Shown one piece after another: positions 33,702 through 43,827 of a stretch of DNA of 64,000 bases. A program made the position numbers and the translations under genes. Origin of the DNA: a virus (lineage: Duplodnaviria > Caudoviricetes); the IMG/VR virus record IMGVR_UViG_3300044675_007236. One strand, 5' to 3'. The notes below the pieces were generated by a model. That model had not been told where the DNA came from. It worked only from the letters and a program-made list of their open reading frames with translations, and made no database searches. Each line of letters starts with the position of its first letter. The stretch's first letter is position 1.

Positions 33702-34138
33702 TAGTTTGAGCTCGAGGTAGATGTGTCAGGAGCATCCGGTATCCAAACGACTTGTGTTGTTTTCAGTGTATCTAGACGGTTCATTGCTTTGATCAAAATT
33801 TCGACTTCGTGCTTGATCTCATCCCATATGGCCTGTGCCTGGGCCGACGAGGCAACGTCTAGCTCGACATAACTAAGACGGTAGTACGGCCAACCTTGAT
33901 CTGGGTCCGGGGCACCAGCAGGATAGTCGGCTAACTGGGGAGGTCCAGCTACCGCTTCAAATACGTCTGTACTTAGATCGGTGTACGGGCTAGGTGTGTT
34001 GTGTCTGTAGATAAAAACATTTCCGTCTATATCGTTGCCCTCGAAGTCTGTGACATCTATACGTAAACGATAAGCACCGTAGTTTGGAAAAACAACAGTG
34101 CCTGTTTCTGCTTTTGTAAGTTGTATTCGTCTAGCCAT
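33701..34138 (-). CDS. Hypothetical protein, possibly virion
   Basis: 145-aa ORF; GAGG SD. Confidence 0.65.
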   Translation of the reverse strand: MARRIQLTKAETGTVVFPNYGAYRLRIDVTDFEGNDIDGNVFIYRHNTPSPYTDLSTDVFEAVAGPPQLADYPAGAPDPDQGWPYYRLSYVELDVASSAQAQAIWDEIKHEVEILIKAMNRLDTLKTTQVVWIPDAPDTSTSSSN

Positions 34139-34153
34139 TGCCTCAGCCTCGGT

Positions 34154-34768
34154 TTAGATATCGAGCAACGATTTCATTATCTCTAGTTTTGGTTTTTTTG
34201 CAATATTGCAGGCTTGCGACGTACAGTGAATTAGTTGGTCGTACACCGGGTATTCTGCCACTGTAAATTTTTTGGTAAACGCAATAAGCCCAGTCGCCAG
34301 CATAATCATATCGGAAGTGTGGGGTCTATCGTGGATTTGAATAAAGTGCTCATACTGTGCGGCTAAGTTACAGAATTCGCGACAAACTCGCAGGTAGTTT
34401 TCTGCGGAGCCTGACACGGTGCAAGGTACGTGACCGCAGTGGACGACGAGTTCCGAGGATTCAAAAGCATCTGATTGTGTCAGCCCGGTGTTCACGACAT
34501 CATAGTCTATCATGACCCCACCTCCAATTTCAGCCATTGCCAACCATCGCATATAGCAATGATAGTCGTACTTGCCTGGATTTACAGTTGGTAGCCTGGA
34601 GACAGTATCGACATATTGTTGGTAGAAAGTAGATCTTCTTGCAACAGCTTCGCCTATAACTTCTAATTGCCAACCATTACGCTCCCAAGATTGGCGACAA
34701 ACTTCTATTTGGTCTGGTTGGCCTGTAAGTTGGCTTACAGGTTCGTAGTAGGTAAAAACACGTTTCAT
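34154..34768 (-). CDS. Putative GT-A glycosyltransferase-like protein
   Basis: CRQSWERNGW...CYMRWLAM...GGVMIDYDV (DxD). Confidence 0.55.
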   Translation of the reverse strand: MKRVFTYYEPVSQLTGQPDQIEVCRQSWERNGWQLEVIGEAVARRSTFYQQYVDTVSRLPTVNPGKYDYHCYMRWLAMAEIGGGVMIDYDVVNTGLTQSDAFESSELVVHCGHVPCTVSGSAENYLRVCREFCNLAAQYEHFIQIHDRPHTSDMIMLATGLIAFTKKFTVAEYPVYDQLIHCTSQACNIAKKPKLEIMKSLLDI

Positions 34769-34770
34769 AG

Positions 34771-36765
34771 CTATCTCTTAATCTGTGATATATCGAAGTC
34801 AGGATCCCACGGAAAACGCTGGCTTGCTCCGCGTCTACCGCCTTGTTCTCGAGAAGGACAAGCTATCAAACTTTTATTCTTGTTCCATTGTTTTATACCA
34901 AAACCGGCTTGGTGTACTTGTTCGCCAATTGTGATGTCTCCGCCGTTGTGTAGTAGCCTACAGTCAGGCACATCGGCCTGTCGCATAGCCTCCGTTTCCA
35001 GAGCCCAGCACCAGCCTACAGCAAAGTCGATCACAGAACCATTGGAAACTTCTTCTTTCCCCGTCTTTGTACGTAAGTGCTTGCCCTTATGCCACATAGC
35101 ATCCTTAAACCACTTGTCAGGACGATGCCCTGCCCCCGCATAAACGCTGAGATCGTGATACATAATATTACCATAAAGCCTAAATCCGCTTTTATGATTA
35201 GCTACTATTGTTGTACAAAGATCTCCCAACCAAGCGGGGTTAGCTACCCAAGTGTCATCGTCAAACCACATTAAATACTTAGTAGTAATAGGATGAGATT
35301 CGTCATAAAACATTTGACGCATTACGGGATACTTGAAGTCGTTAGTATCGTGCTTGTATATCTTAGTAACTGGCACTGTCTTTAGATAATCGAGTGTAGC
35401 TTTCGGTACTTGGTTTGTAGCAACTCTAAGATCTAATTGGTCGTTCGGTACTGTTCTAAGTATTCCGTTTATACATCTTGTAGCGAGCTGCGTATGCTGT
35501 CCGTAGCAAAGTACAAAAACTGTAATCTTTCCGCCTAGTATCGGATCGCTTAAACCTGGTACAGCCTTAAATATACTTCCAACTTGATTTGCTTTTAGTT
35601 CTAACGGATGAACTTTTTGATGTGTTTTTTGTGTTACATTAGGTCTAGATGGTTCTCTAACCATTTTTACATCGTGCGGCTTATGCTCTACGAGCTCTAC
35701 CGCAGGTATCACAATGTTATGTCTTACCTCTTCCTGTGCGGTAGTAGGTTGCAACACTCCAGATTGATAGTAAGACATGACCGCGGCTACAACTTCGTCA
35801 GAACTAAGCATATCGTGACAGCCTGCTACCGCGTGCGTAGTCGCGGGCTTAACTGGTTTCTGACATAGCAGATGTATTTTGCGACTGCGATCAGTCGGAT
35901 CAAGCGGCACTACTCTATTTTTCCAGCAACCGTAGCTCTCGCAGCACGGTAGCTTTCCAACGGTGTGCAAGTACTTGTGCGGTATAGTTACTGCTTCTGC
36001 GTTAGCTCCGAACGCCTGATACTCGTCAGTGTAAGCTTCAAACCAAGGTTCTTCTCTACCGCCCGCGTACACCACGCACGGTTTATCGAATGCGGCTGCG
36101 ATATGCATAGCACCTGTAATCCCGCATATAACGCCGTCGGAGTGCAGTATTATGTTCCACAGGTCTCTTACATTATCTGTCTGACCTACAAGGTTAAGCG
36201 TACGCTCGAGCGGCGGGTGTATATGATTGGTTTGAGTAGCACCAACCTGAACGCAATGTATGTTATCGTTTAACAGTTTATCTACGACTTCTTGCATGCG
36301 GTGAGAATGCCAGTGTTTAACAGTAGCGTCTAACTTACCGCCTGATACCACAACCCAATATCTACCTGTCAGCCTTCTAACCCTTTCATCGTCTGACAGG
36401 TGTAAGTCAGCTTTAGGTTTTGTCACGGGTACTTTTATACCGGTTTTGACTTCGAAATCATGATGGTACCAAGCCAGTATATGTCTTTTGTTGCCCTGTG
36501 AATCGATACCGTGCTGTTTAATTGCTTTACCCCAATCAAGGGTGACTAGCTTGGCTTTTGACCTTTGGCTTTCAGAAAACTTTACAACATACGGATTGTT
36601 CCACCATACGTTAGTAAAGTTGGTACTAACCTCAGTCTCGTACTTGCCCGGATAGGCCGCATGCAGATCACGTATAAGTGCCGTAAAAAGAACAGTGTCG
36701 CCCAGAGCGTGCGGGTGACCGTGCCTAACTATTAGTGGAATTTTGCCTTGCATTTTGCCTTGCAT
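34771..36765 (-). CDS. Two-domain glycosyltransferase: GT9 (heptosyltransferase-like) plus GT2-like
   Basis: LGDTVLFTALIRDL..AYP and DGVICGITGAMHIAAAFDKPCVV (GT9); ITVFVLCYG...YLMWFDDD (GT-A). Confidence 0.8.
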   Translation of the reverse strand: MQGKMQGKIPLIVRHGHPHALGDTVLFTALIRDLHAAYPGKYETEVSTNFTNVWWNNPYVVKFSESQRSKAKLVTLDWGKAIKQHGIDSQGNKRHILAWYHHDFEVKTGIKVPVTKPKADLHLSDDERVRRLTGRYWVVVSGGKLDATVKHWHSHRMQEVVDKLLNDNIHCVQVGATQTNHIHPPLERTLNLVGQTDNVRDLWNIILHSDGVICGITGAMHIAAAFDKPCVVYAGGREEPWFEAYTDEYQAFGANAEAVTIPHKYLHTVGKLPCCESYGCWKNRVVPLDPTDRSRKIHLLCQKPVKPATTHAVAGCHDMLSSDEVVAAVMSYYQSGVLQPTTAQEEVRHNIVIPAVELVEHKPHDVKMVREPSRPNVTQKTHQKVHPLELKANQVGSIFKAVPGLSDPILGGKITVFVLCYGQHTQLATRCINGILRTVPNDQLDLRVATNQVPKATLDYLKTVPVTKIYKHDTNDFKYPVMRQMFYDESHPITTKYLMWFDDDTWVANPAWLGDLCTTIVANHKSGFRLYGNIMYHDLSVYAGAGHRPDKWFKDAMWHKGKHLRTKTGKEEVSNGSVIDFAVGWCWALETEAMRQADVPDCRLLHNGGDITIGEQVHQAGFGIKQWNKNKSLIACPSREQGGRRGASQRFPWDPDFDISQIKR

Positions 36766-37075
36766 TTTGTTCTATCTTTGACTTTTTCTCGGGCTTTGAT
36801 AACAGCTGAACCAGTTCGCGGCAAATATTTTGCAAGTTTTCTGCGTGTTTGTCGATTGTAGCTCGCAAGAATTCGTCGGACTCCAATACAACAGGCAATA
36901 CCGCAAACGGCTTGCATTGTTGTTCGTAGGCCTGTTTACTTCGCCAACACGTAAAGACACAGCACACGTTTCCAGTATCAAGCTTAATGCTTAACTCGGT
37001 CATTAAGCAGTAAGCCTTAATGTCTCCAACATCTGTCGGATCGTGTAAGTTGACTTCCAGCACTAGTTCAGTCAT
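36725..37075 (-). CDS. Hypothetical protein
   Basis: 116-aa ORF. Confidence 0.55.
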   Translation of the reverse strand: MTELVLEVNLHDPTDVGDIKAYCLMTELSIKLDTGNVCCVFTCWRSKQAYEQQCKPFAVLPVVLESDEFLRATIDKHAENLQNICRELVQLLSKPEKKSKIEQNARQNARQNSTNS

Positions 37076-37098
37076 AGCTGCTCTTTCAAAAGTTTGGT

Positions 37099-37719
37099 TT
37101 ACTTAGGTAAGTACTTTAGCTTACCGTCGACACGTTGAATTTTAAAGTCGATGAATTTTTGCGATAGTCGCATAGACTGGTACACTGGAAAATTTTTAGG
37201 TGGTTTTTCTAAGTACTCCTCAACAAAAAAACCGTCTTCGTCTAGCCTGTAGTATTTGACCGGACTTCTGACTAGCGTGATACCGGACCTAAGCGGAGAA
37301 CACAACGCAAAAAGTCCAATATTTTGATTTTTACATTCTTCAGCGTAAGCACAGTCGCAAACAGACTGCGGCTCTTCACTGTGCGACATAGCCTGTCCTG
37401 AAGCAGCCGAACTTGTAAAATATATCGACTCGAATGCTTTACTGTTAAATATTTCATCTTCGTTGTAATAAAATCTGTAAGGTAAATTGTACGATTTTAT
37501 TACATCTAAATGTGACTTAGCGATAATAGGTGGTCGTGTACCAGGGTATGTTGTTAAAAACTCTGCGTCAGTTTCATTCGCAAACATATCAAAATAAGTT
37601 TTGATATCTGTTTGAATATTAGCCGGGTCGGTAAAATACATGAACAAAACAACTATCATGTTTTCTATGCGTTCGTATACAACCCAGTTTTTTTCGTCGA
37701 TGTAATACTTATTTATCAT
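37099..37719 (-). CDS. Hypothetical protein
   Basis: 206-aa ORF, AT-rich. Confidence 0.6.
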   Translation of the reverse strand: MINKYYIDEKNWVVYERIENMIVVLFMYFTDPANIQTDIKTYFDMFANETDAEFLTTYPGTRPPIIAKSHLDVIKSYNLPYRFYYNEDEIFNSKAFESIYFTSSAASGQAMSHSEEPQSVCDCAYAEECKNQNIGLFALCSPLRSGITLVRSPVKYYRLDEDGFFVEEYLEKPPKNFPVYQSMRLSQKFIDFKIQRVDGKLKYLPK

Positions 37720-38126
37720 GCTACGACCTGTACTGTAAATGTGTCTATAAGTGCGTTATTTGCATTGTTACGTACTTCTACTGTTTGCGGACTTACCTTA
37801 GCCGTCAAGGTGCTGTAACAAGTAAACTTAACCCACTGACCAGCTGTTACTGCGAACGTGCTGCCAGGGCTGTCGGCTACCTGTATCCATGGCGGCGTTG
37901 TTGGTTGCCCGTTTGGGTTTAAAGTTGCTTCAGAAGCTGCTACTTGATAGAAAAGTTGAATATTGGACGGGCTTGTCAAGTTTACAACTTTAAGTGTTAC
38001 ACCGTATGTAAGTAATTTACTGGTGATAGTGCCGCTTGTTGTGCCTAAACTCCACTGTATAGCTTCCCAGTCTGGGTTAACAACGCTTGGTGGTTGTACG
38101 TTAAACAGACCAGCAAATGGTAACAT
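37716..38126 (-). CDS. Beta-rich protein, possible fibre tip or accessory
   Basis: Start MLPFAG overlaps the collagen gene stop (TAATG). Confidence 0.6.
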   Translation of the reverse strand: MLPFAGLFNVQPPSVVNPDWEAIQWSLGTTSGTITSKLLTYGVTLKVVNLTSPSNIQLFYQVAASEATLNPNGQPTTPPWIQVADSPGSTFAVTAGQWVKFTCYSTLTAKVSPQTVEVRNNANNALIDTFTVQVVA

Positions 38127-40270
38127 TATATTGTTGTATCTCCAGCTAGTACAAAGTTGTTTGCACTTCTTTGGATCAGAGACACGACTGCCCATCTACC
38201 TGCTGTTTTAGTGTGACTTTGTCTGTTGTTTATGGTTGTACCCGACGCATTAAAAGTAACTTGACCTGTACCTGACTGTATCACAGTAACCGTAAAACCA
38301 ACTGGTAAGCCTGTAGGTACCGTTATCGTTATAGCGTTACTGCATTCCAAGACTACACCGTTATCACCGGCTCCAAGTGTTCGCGATGCGTTAGCCTCGG
38401 TTACAATTATACCTGTACCTGTAACATACTTATTGGAAGTGATACCACCGGTGCTAAGCATATTAGTGCTAGCGTTGTAACTAAGAGCTGGCGACGTTGT
38501 ATCGATGTTAGGCGTTTGATTACTCCCGCCCGCCGCCACAAATACAACGTAAAACAAAGAATCTGCGTCTGTGGCTGTTGCGTTTATAGCTGTGCTAGGA
38601 CCCGTCGCACCGGTAGAGCCAGTTACTCCTGTGGCTCCTGTAGTCCCGGCAGCTCCGTTAGCACCTGTTGGTCCGGTAGCACCTACCGTCCCACTTATGC
38701 CTGTGGCACCTTGCGAACCTGTAGCCTGTAACGATAAGACAACTTGGTCTGACGCGGTGTAAGTTCCGTTTGTAACAATACTCTCTACACTAAAATCAAA
38801 ATAGGTTGCTTCTTCAGTTACAGCGGTAATTCGATACAAGCCAAAGTTAGTCACGTTGTTTATCAACCACGTCTTTATAATGTCGCTAGCTTTAAACGTG
38901 TCTAACCATGCCGTCATATCTATGTCATTGTAATTTGACTTTTCAACGTAAATATGCTCGACAGCATCCAATACTGCGCTATCAAAATAAACTTGACCGT
39001 GGGAAGTTAACGCCATTATCTTGGCAGATTCTATCTCAGTGTCTGCGTAGAAATAGCTGTCGTCACCTGTGTGTTTTAAAGGAAATACAGGGGCCTCTGG
39101 TGAAAGGTTGCTGTTAAACTCCCAGCTCATCAGAAAATCATTTTCGTCGGGTGTAGGCGGGCCGGACGGGCCGGGTGGTCCTGTTGGCCCTGTTGGGCCT
39201 GTTGGTCCCGAAGGCCCGGTTGAACCTTCGCAACAAGGCCCTTGTGGCCCAACGGCACCTTGCGGACCTGCAGGACCTATAGGTCCTTGTGGGCCTACGT
39301 CACCCTGAGGTCCTTGATAGCCTTGAGGTCCCCGATAGCCTTGAGGTCCCCGATAGCCTTGAGGTCCGCGGTATCCCTGCGGCCCGCGATAACCGTAAGG
39401 TCCACGGTATCCCTGCGGACCGCGGTACCCGGTTGCTCCCCGACCACCTAGCGGTCCTTGAGGCCCTGTTGGGCCTTGGTTACCGTCTGGGCCTGGATTG
39501 CCGTCTGGGCCTGGATTACCGTCTGGGCCTGGGTTGCCATCTGGGCCTGGATTACCGTCTGGACCGCTAGGTCCGGCTGGGCCTTGTGGTCCTTCTGGCC
39601 CGCTTGGTCCCGCGGGTCCGGTGGGTCCGGCTGGGCCTTGTGGTCCGTTTGGTCCTACTGGTCCTTGTGGTCCTTCTGGCCCAACGGGTCCTTCCGGTCC
39701 GTCAGGCCCTTGCGGTCCGGCTGGGCCTTGTGGTCCTTCCGGACCTTCTGGACCTTCGGGTCCTTGCGGCCCCTGTGGGCCTTCTGGTCCTGTTGGACCC
39801 TGTGGACCTTGTGGGCCTAACTGCGGGCTGGGTATTCCAAGATTTAAATCAATAGAGAACGTACAATCGCCAGATTTTGTTACGTCAAGCGAGGCAAACG
39901 GAGCTCCGCCGGGGCCTACGGTACTTACAGTGGCACTTCCGCTAATTTCCGGGCAAGGAAAAGCAATATCCAGCGTAAAGGTGTAATCGCAGCATGCACC
40001 TTTAGTTATTATGAGACTAGCGTTTTCTCCACCAATTGGCACTACGGTGGTATCAACATCGCCCGCACCTATTACAGGACAAATAGGATCGGGATCTAGC
40101 ATCGGAACCGGCAGCGACGGGCAATCGAAAATATCAGTCGGTGCCTGCGGTACCTGTGGATTAAGCAGCCAATTACCGCCAGGTATAGGAAAAATACAAG
40201 GCACATCGCATTTGATAACATCAAATACAGGTGACTGAGGTCCTTGTGGACACGGAGTCGTCGGTGCCAT
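38126..40270 (-). CDS. Collagen-like tail fibre protein
   Basis: About 70 continuous G-X-Y triplets ([15 protein letters not shown] x5, GPQGYR repeats) plus a second short GAT run; Cys/Pro-rich N-terminus; C-terminal fibre domain ([13 protein letters not shown]...[10 protein letters not shown]). Confidence 0.85.
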   Translation of the reverse strand: MAPTTPCPQGPQSPVFDVIKCDVPCIFPIPGGNWLLNPQVPQAPTDIFDCPSLPVPMLDPDPICPVIGAGDVDTTVVPIGGENASLIITKGACCDYTFTLDIAFPCPEISGSATVSTVGPGGAPFASLDVTKSGDCTFSIDLNLGIPSPQLGPQGPQGPTGPEGPQGPQGPEGPEGPEGPQGPAGPQGPDGPEGPVGPEGPQGPVGPNGPQGPAGPTGPAGPSGPEGPQGPAGPSGPDGNPGPDGNPGPDGNPGPDGNPGPDGNQGPTGPQGPLGGRGATGYRGPQGYRGPYGYRGPQGYRGPQGYRGPQGYRGPQGYQGPQGDVGPQGPIGPAGPQGAVGPQGPCCEGSTGPSGPTGPTGPTGPPGPSGPPTPDENDFLMSWEFNSNLSPEAPVFPLKHTGDDSYFYADTEIESAKIMALTSHGQVYFDSAVLDAVEHIYVEKSNYNDIDMTAWLDTFKASDIIKTWLINNVTNFGLYRITAVTEEATYFDFSVESIVTNGTYTASDQVVLSLQATGSQGATGISGTVGATGPTGANGAAGTTGATGVTGSTGATGPSTAINATATDADSLFYVVFVAAGGSNQTPNIDTTSPALSYNASTNMLSTGGITSNKYVTGTGIIVTEANASRTLGAGDNGVVLECSNAITITVPTGLPVGFTVTVIQSGTGQVTFNASGTTINNRQSHTKTAGRWAVVSLIQRSANNFVLAGDTTI
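39319..39570 (-). repeat. 18-bp tandem repeats encoding GPQGYR and GPDGNP
   Basis: ccttgaggtccccgatag-type and gtctgggcctggattacc-type repeats visible on the plus strand. Confidence 0.85.
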
Positions 40271-40281
40271 TCGTTATTTCC

Positions 40282-41316
40282 TTATAACGATATCGAATTA
40301 AATGAAAAATCACATACGGACAAGTCATTTAGATTGATATCTACGATTAGTTTGTGGTTGACGATATCAGTCAGTATAGAGACACCGGACTCGCCGAAAA
40401 AGGTTAAAGTTGGTCCCTGCAACCCGTTGACAGACCTAAACACTTCGTTGCAATAAAAATCACCAGCCAGAAGTTCGTTTTCAGAACCTATTGGGGGTGT
40501 TTCACCTGGGAATATAGCAATCTCGTTACACGGTTGGCCGTCACCTGTCCCGACACCTGGAGCGAACACCAACGTAGAAGCCGTTACATCCTGGTTGATT
40601 GAAATATTGAAACCTGCCTTGAACTTTACGTTACCAAGCAAACACACGTCATACACGTACGTCTGACCGACAGGAAAATCCCATTGGTTTTGCGGGCAGT
40701 TTTCAGGACGCAAAGCTCGAGTTCTGTCAGAGTTAGCTATGTTCAACGAAACAACCTGGCTATCGCTTAGATTTTGAATTAAGCAAGGTTCGACTATCCC
40801 CGAGTAAACGTCGGATCTTGTTACGCTGTTGCCTGCGGCAATTCGGTTTGCAAGCAAAGGCATGTCACCGGAAACCATAAAACCAGACCATAAAGGTTCT
40901 CCGCAGTCCTCCGGGTAACCTGAATCAGACGCTGACGCTTCTAACGCTTCGGAAGCTGAAAGACTTATATCTGCTTGGTCGGCTGTTATGCTTTCAACAA
41001 ACTCGGTTTCAAACAAATCAGCATCAGCTGCCCTTGTGAAAATCAAAGGGGCGTGCAGTAAATTGCTCGCCGTGCATCGAAACTCAAATTCAAACAAGAA
41101 AGAGTTTACACGAGTTATACGGTATAGGAACACCTCATCAATGCTGGCGTCAAAACCCGACTCAGCACCCAGGATAAAACCGCAATCGACAACTACATTG
41201 TCCGGTAAACCTGGCATAGCAAATATGCCAGTTTCAGGCGTATTTACGCCGACGCTTCCTTCCCTGAAAGGATACGAACGATTCAAGTTGTCGTTAAAAA
41301 AATTAGGACGAGGCAT
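40282..41316 (-). CDS. Cys-rich virion protein, paralog 1
   Basis: N-terminal NxNLNRSYPF; C-terminal FRSVNGL. Confidence 0.6.
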   Translation of the reverse strand: MPRPNFFNDNLNRSYPFREGSVGVNTPETGIFAMPGLPDNVVVDCGFILGAESGFDASIDEVFLYRITRVNSFLFEFEFRCTASNLLHAPLIFTRAADADLFETEFVESITADQADISLSASEALEASASDSGYPEDCGEPLWSGFMVSGDMPLLANRIAAGNSVTRSDVYSGIVEPCLIQNLSDSQVVSLNIANSDRTRALRPENCPQNQWDFPVGQTYVYDVCLLGNVKFKAGFNISINQDVTASTLVFAPGVGTGDGQPCNEIAIFPGETPPIGSENELLAGDFYCNEVFRSVNGLQGPTLTFFGESGVSILTDIVNHKLIVDINLNDLSVCDFSFNSISL

Positions 41317-41317
41317 G

Positions 41318-42121
41318 TTATTTACTGATCAAAGATCCTTCTACAGAAAAAACTATGCCTGCGGGCGTCGTTCTTACACGTAAAGCTGGTTCTGACGTCA
41401 GGCTATCGTTCATTTGAATGTTGAAATTTCCTTGCTCGTCAGGGTAACAATCGTAAGTGCTTTCACCGTTTACGACACGTATAACTCGAATCGGATTGAC
41501 AGGCACAAATAGATCAGCCGGGTTGCATAATCTCTGTAAGTTCAACGGATCTCCTACAACGTCAACACGTATCACAGGCACTATTTGACCTTGCTTGTCT
41601 ACATAATTCTCAGTTCTAAGTACAACACCGTCTTCGCCTACTAGCCAAACCTTACCAGAAGCAATTTGACCGTCGGCAACTTGCAAACCTGTAACACCCG
41701 GATAAGCAGCAGGAACCTGGCAGTTTACGCAAAACTCAGTTTGACCTTGTTCAAAGGTATGCGTTCGAACTCCCCAAGTTGAAAGCAGTGCTAGTCTGTC
41801 TGGGCTAGACACAAGAATTCCACCAGGTCTACCGTAATCATCGACAAGTCGAACTACTGAATCTACAACAGGTAAAACCACTTCGCCATGCAATCTTGTC
41901 GGCAACTCACTGTCGCCCACATAAATTGTAAATTTGTCCGACTGAACTTTAACCTGGGATAAATAGTAACGACCACTACTTTCCGTAGAATAAATATGTG
42001 CATCTAAAAACGTGTCTTCCACAAAAAACACGTTACCGTTGCTTAGGCTTGCCGCAGGAACAAACGGATAATTTGTACTTCGTAAGGAGCGTAAGAGCTC
42101 GGGGTGTCTTATATGTGTCAC
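41318..42121 (-). CDS. Virion protein, paralog 2
   Basis: RSTNYPF; IRVVNG...PDEQGNF. Confidence 0.6.
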   Translation of the reverse strand: MTHIRHPELLRSLRSTNYPFVPAASLSNGNVFFVEDTFLDAHIYSTESSGRYYLSQVKVQSDKFTIYVGDSELPTRLHGEVVLPVVDSVVRLVDDYGRPGGILVSSPDRLALLSTWGVRTHTFEQGQTEFCVNCQVPAAYPGVTGLQVADGQIASGKVWLVGEDGVVLRTENYVDKQGQIVPVIRVDVVGDPLNLQRLCNPADLFVPVNPIRVIRVVNGESTYDCYPDEQGNFNIQMNDSLTSEPALRVRTTPAGIVFSVEGSLISK

Positions 42122-43827
42122 GCTACTGCCTCGTCAATTCGCCAGTACGAAAAATAGCCTGCAGATCTTTTTGTGTAGAAGCCTGCGTTACCGGCGTCAG
42201 TTTCCCATAACGTTCCAGGCAAACTTGTAGATATTGCAACATCTACAAGTGCAGTATCCACGCTCTTAAGAACAGCCTGCAAATTAACGCTTGTCCTGGT
42301 TATCTCGTTGGGTGTAACCGTAAGCTCGAGATGATACCATTGATCTATAGCCGCCGACGGTACCGCTATTGTCGACAACGGTACTGCGTTTATACCGTTG
42401 AAGTAATACACTCCGAAAATTAAGTTATCGATGTCTAACAAAGCAAACACATACGTATACAGGTCGGCACTATTTAGTCGATAATTTACAATGATTCCGG
42501 CGTTATTTTTGCTGGCTGTACTTAGAGATATCACCTTCAAGTCTGTCGTGTATCTTCTGTAAAGCGATTGCGAATCCAATGTAAACAAGGATATGTTTGT
42601 TCTGGATAGGCTAGGAAGATTCGCTGTACCGTAGCTGTACGAAAAAAGACTAACGGAAGCAGACTGACTGTCGCTGATCGACGACTCACAACCGAAAGCG
42701 GTATTGTTAGGCGGCGGCCCAACGCAACAGAATGCTTCTTCCGGGCTGTCATCAGGAGACATTCCCCAAGTAGCCAAATCCATCGGCGAAAAACTGTATG
42801 CAAAACCGTCATCGAACGTGTCGCAGTATGGTAAAGACAAAAGCGTACTCATAGAATCGCTTATGCTTATGTCAGGTTGTACTGGTGGTTCTGGTGGGTC
42901 TGGATCTGGTATCACAGCTGCCGGTACTTCAGACGGAAGTTTACCGGTGTCCAGCTCAGGCAGGAACGGCGGAGCACATGTGTCCGACAATCCATACTCG
43001 CAGTCTACAACTACACCGCAATCGGCTGCAGTTTTACCTACAATCGCACAGCCTTGAAACTCTAATGTAAGTGTACCGTCACAATCTGGCGACAATCCGT
43101 TAATGCTCTCAATTGGTTGCGGATCGACGCAAGATCGAGACCCGACGCGTCTACCGCATGGCCCAGCAAATTGCGAAAATACTGATTCCGTGTTCTGCGT
43201 TGCAGTCGCTGCTGGCGGCTCTTTTAACCTGAAAACAATAACGTTGTCGTACACGACTCCGCCAATGCTTCTAGCTTCCTTCACTATCTCTAACGGTTGC
43301 TCTGCGTTCAGTCTAACTAAACCAGATACGGCCTTTTCTATGTTGGCAATACCTAGCGTTTCTAATGGAGGTTTACGGATAGGCCTAGCTGCTTTTGCGG
43401 TGAGGCGAGTCTGCAAAGGCGAACTGAACACGCCTCTAAAAAGCTCGTCTGTATTACTTCCAAAAGTGATAAACCCAGCCACGCCACGTTCAAAAGTTTC
43501 TAACCTGTACGTGCGATACGGTGTCAAACTGGCTTTTTCTAAGCTGATGCCCGCTATCAGTTTACTTTGTTGGTTGGTGTTATCTAGTTGATCTGTAACC
43601 TCGATAAGTAGCGTTACAATAAATTCGCTACATGTCACAGCGCTTATAAAAGCGTATTTACCCAGATCCCGGTTCCAACGCAACTGCATGTCTGCGATCA
43701 AAGAGGACGATAGCCGGTGACCTTCGTTTGAGAGGCACGAAGCTGTATCGTCGATCGGATACGCATTTTGTTCGTTGATGTTGTACCAGTGATTGTTGCG
43801 TATCACTATTCTTCCTCTGGGGCACAA
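42118..43827 (-). CDS. Cys-rich virion protein, paralog 3 (possible C-terminal beta-sandwich)
   Basis: WYNINEQNAYPI; IESINGLSPDCDG. Confidence 0.6.
   Translation of the reverse strand: MCPRGRIVIRNNHWYNINEQNAYPIDDTASCLSNEGHRLSSSLIADMQLRWNRDLGKYAFISAVTCSEFIVTLLIEVTDQLDNTNQQSKLIAGISLEKASLTPYRTYRLETFERGVAGFITFGSNTDELFRGVFSSPLQTRLTAKAARPIRKPPLETLGIANIEKAVSGLVRLNAEQPLEIVKEARSIGGVVYDNVIVFRLKEPPAATATQNTESVFSQFAGPCGRRVGSRSCVDPQPIESINGLSPDCDGTLTLEFQGCAIVGKTAADCGVVVDCEYGLSDTCAPPFLPELDTGKLPSEVPAAVIPDPDPPEPPVQPDISISDSMSTLLSLPYCDTFDDGFAYSFSPMDLATWGMSPDDSPEEAFCCVGPPPNNTAFGCESSISDSQSASVSLFSYSYGTANLPSLSRTNISLFTLDSQSLYRRYTTDLKVISLSTASKNNAGIIVNYRLNSADLYTYVFALLDIDNLIFGVYYFNGINAVPLSTIAVPSAAIDQWYHLELTVTPNEITRTSVNLQAVLKSVDTALVDVAISTSLPGTLWETDAGNAGFYTKRSAGYFSYWRIDEAVA

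Noticed and set aside
38516-39986. Plus-strand ORFs over the collagen gene, including a collagen-like one at 39498-39986
   Set aside because: Antisense shadows: GGN-CCN repeats are nearly self-complementary.
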